A stretch of DNA of 60,328 nucleotides from Ruminococcus sp. (GTDB lineage: Bacteria; Bacillota; Clostridia; Oscillospirales; Ruminococcaceae). The stretch is from the NCBI GenBank assembly GCA_014799765.1, contig JAAVHK010000136.1, positions 1 to 60,328 of the forward strand, given 5' to 3'. A program made the translations under genes and the position numbers. The notes beneath the pieces are model-generated. The model was not told the DNA's origin and did not search any database. It was given only the letters and a program-made list of their open reading frames with translations. Positions 58,635 through 60,328 of the stretch are shown here, piece after piece. The first letter of the stretch is position 1. Each line of letters begins with the position of its first letter.

Positions 58635-59465
58635 TTGAAAAAAAAATCCGGAAATGTTATTTTATTCATATTTCTTGTAATATCGGGAGCGTTCATGTTT
58701 TTTCCGGTATATCTTACAGTAGTGATGTCGGTAAAGCCACCGGAAGAACTTTTTATGTTTCCGCCTGAAATATATACATCAAGACCGACGCTTAATAATT
58801 TCACGGAAATGTTTGAGGCTATCCGACAGAATCGAGTACCGTTTTCGAGATATGTTTTCAATAGTCTGACGGTTACAGTTTCGGTGACTTTTTTGCAGAC
58901 CGTCATAATATCAATGGCGGGATTCGTACTGGCAAAATGTCAGTTTGCCGGAAGAAATCTGATAAACAGGATAATTGTAATATCTTTACTGTATCAGAGT
59001 AATGTTATCTACATAATGCAGTACGTGATAATAAATAAACTCGGACTTATTGACAGTTTATCCGCATTGATTCTGCCGTCGATAGCCTCACCGGTGGGAC
59101 TTTTTTTAATGAAACAGTCAATAAGTCAGATACCGGATTCCATAATAGATTCCGCAAAAACCGACGGAGCAGGTTTGTTCCGGATATGCTGGCAGATAGT
59201 CATTCCAAATCAGAAACCGGCATTGATGACCTTAATTATATTTGCGTTTCAGTCGTCGTGGAATATGCAGTCAGGAGCATTCATATTTCACGAGGAATAC
59301 AAAACACTTCCGACTGTCATAAATCAGATTTCAGTGACAGGTCTTGCAAGAGCAGGTATATCCATGGCAGGAGCGGTTTTTATGTTATTACCACCGGCGA
59401 TAATATTCACACTTGCACAAAGTCAGATAATAGAAACAATGACATATTCCGGTATAAAAAATTAG
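58635..59465 (+). CDS. Carbohydrate ABC permease (MalG-like)
   Basis: PTLNNF, FNS, IPDSIIDSAKTDGA, WN; start uncertain (TTG 58635 after GGAAAGGA). Confidence 0.9.
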   Translation: MKKKSGNVILFIFLVISGAFMFFPVYLTVVMSVKPPEELFMFPPEIYTSRPTLNNFTEMFEAIRQNRVPFSRYVFNSLTVTVSVTFLQTVIISMAGFVLAKCQFAGRNLINRIIVISLLYQSNVIYIMQYVIINKLGLIDSLSALILPSIASPVGLFLMKQSISQIPDSIIDSAKTDGAGLFRICWQIVIPNQKPALMTLIIFAFQSSWNMQSGAFIFHEEYKTLPTVINQISVTGLARAGISMAGAVFMLLPPAIIFTLAQSQIIETMTYSGIKN

Positions 59466-59473
59466 GTGAGTTT

Positions 59474-60328
59474 ATGAAAAAATTTCTTATAATATTTCTG
59501 TGTGTTATTGTTTTCGCCGTACCGTTTAAAGCGTATTCGGCATATAATTACGACTACATGGGCAATGCAATACCATCGCAAGCCGGATACGACGTTGAAA
59601 ACGTACTTTATTTTGACATGGACGAACCACAGGATATTTTTTACAGCGGTGAGAATTTCTATATAGCCGATACCGGTAATGACAGAATTTTAGTTCTTGA
59701 CAGTAATCCTGAAAATATAGTAAAAATTTATGACAGTTTTATTTTTCCCGACGGCACAGAAACTTACCTGAATAATCCGGAGGGAGTTTATATTTCCGGT
59801 GAAAAAATTTATATTGCCGATACGGGAAATTCAAGAGTAATAGTTTCCGGTTTAGATTCCTGCATTATTACGGAAATAAAAAAACCTGTTTCCGAAATAT
59901 ATGACCAGAACAAGAATTTTCTTCCGGAAAAAATTCTCGTTGACAAATCGGGAAATATTTACGTGATTTCCGGAAATGTAACAACCGGTTGTATGATGTT
60001 CAGCAGTAAAGGCGATTTTACCGGATTTTTCGGGGCAAACCGTTCCGGACGTACAGCCGGAAATATCCGGAATCATTTTATTTCCGACAAGAAAAAATCA
60101 CGTCGGAAAAGAAATATTCCCACCGGAATAACCAGTTTTGATATTTCACAGGATTTTATATATACCTGTACTGAAAATTCCGGAAAGACTTCCGATATTA
60201 TAAAGAAACTCAATTCCGCCGGAAAAAATATATTTTCAGAAAAAAATATGCATTTTGGTGATTATCAGCCGGAATACAGTAATTCAGGTTACAGACCGCC
60301 GGAAATATCTGATATTGACGTTTCGGAA
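59474..60328 (+). CDS. NHL-repeat beta-propeller protein, partial (runs off the window)
   Basis: Hand translation MKKFLIIFLCVIVFAV... PQDIF...YIADTGNDRI, NPEGVY...YIADTGNSRV, PEKILVD; AGGTGAG RBS. Confidence 0.85.
   Translation, partial: MKKFLIIFLCVIVFAVPFKAYSAYNYDYMGNAIPSQAGYDVENVLYFDMDEPQDIFYSGENFYIADTGNDRILVLDSNPENIVKIYDSFIFPDGTETYLNNPEGVYISGEKIYIADTGNSRVIVSGLDSCIITEIKKPVSEIYDQNKNFLPEKILVDKSGNIYVISGNVTTGCMMFSSKGDFTGFFGANRSGRTAGNIRNHFISDKKKSRRKRNIPTGITSFDISQDFIYTCTENSGKTSDIIKKLNSAGKNIFSEKNMHFGDYQPEYSNSGYRPPEISDIDVSE

Overview
A 60.3 kb chromosomal segment from a low-GC, spore-forming Firmicute. The dockerins, a Ruminococcus-type cohesin, spoIID/spoVFAB and the DUF1385-prmC-recA-recX-rimO-pgsA order point to a Ruminococcus-like Oscillospiraceae (inference). 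Most of the window is housekeeping: a Cys T-box with cysE/cysS, walJ-rlmH, spoVFAB, prfB, a MetH core, pheA, ruvCAB, ecfA1/A2/T-truA, a Clp ATPase, citrate synthase, a two-component system, the recA operon, ffs-dnaX-ybaB-recR, an ABC exporter and the start of a carbohydrate ABC uptake cluster. I saw no intact transposase, integrase, CRISPR array, tRNA or rRNA. The unusual signals are: (1) very strong over-representation of CCGG/TCCGGA alongside near-absence of GATC, GGCC, GCGC, CGCG and CTAG; (2) two unannotated tandem 21-22 aa hydrophobic micro-ORFs with strong RBSs and their own terminator, under face-to-face promoters with an XRE regulator; (3) two mosaic BspA-LRR-dockerin genes inside the ECF operon, plus a lipid-anchored cohesin that could display them; (4) a membrane-anchored IS3-OrfA-like HTH protein, a GlmM-like pseudoenzyme, a frameshift-free prfB and an unannotated 53 aa lipoprotein. 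All counts were made by eye; no database searches were run.
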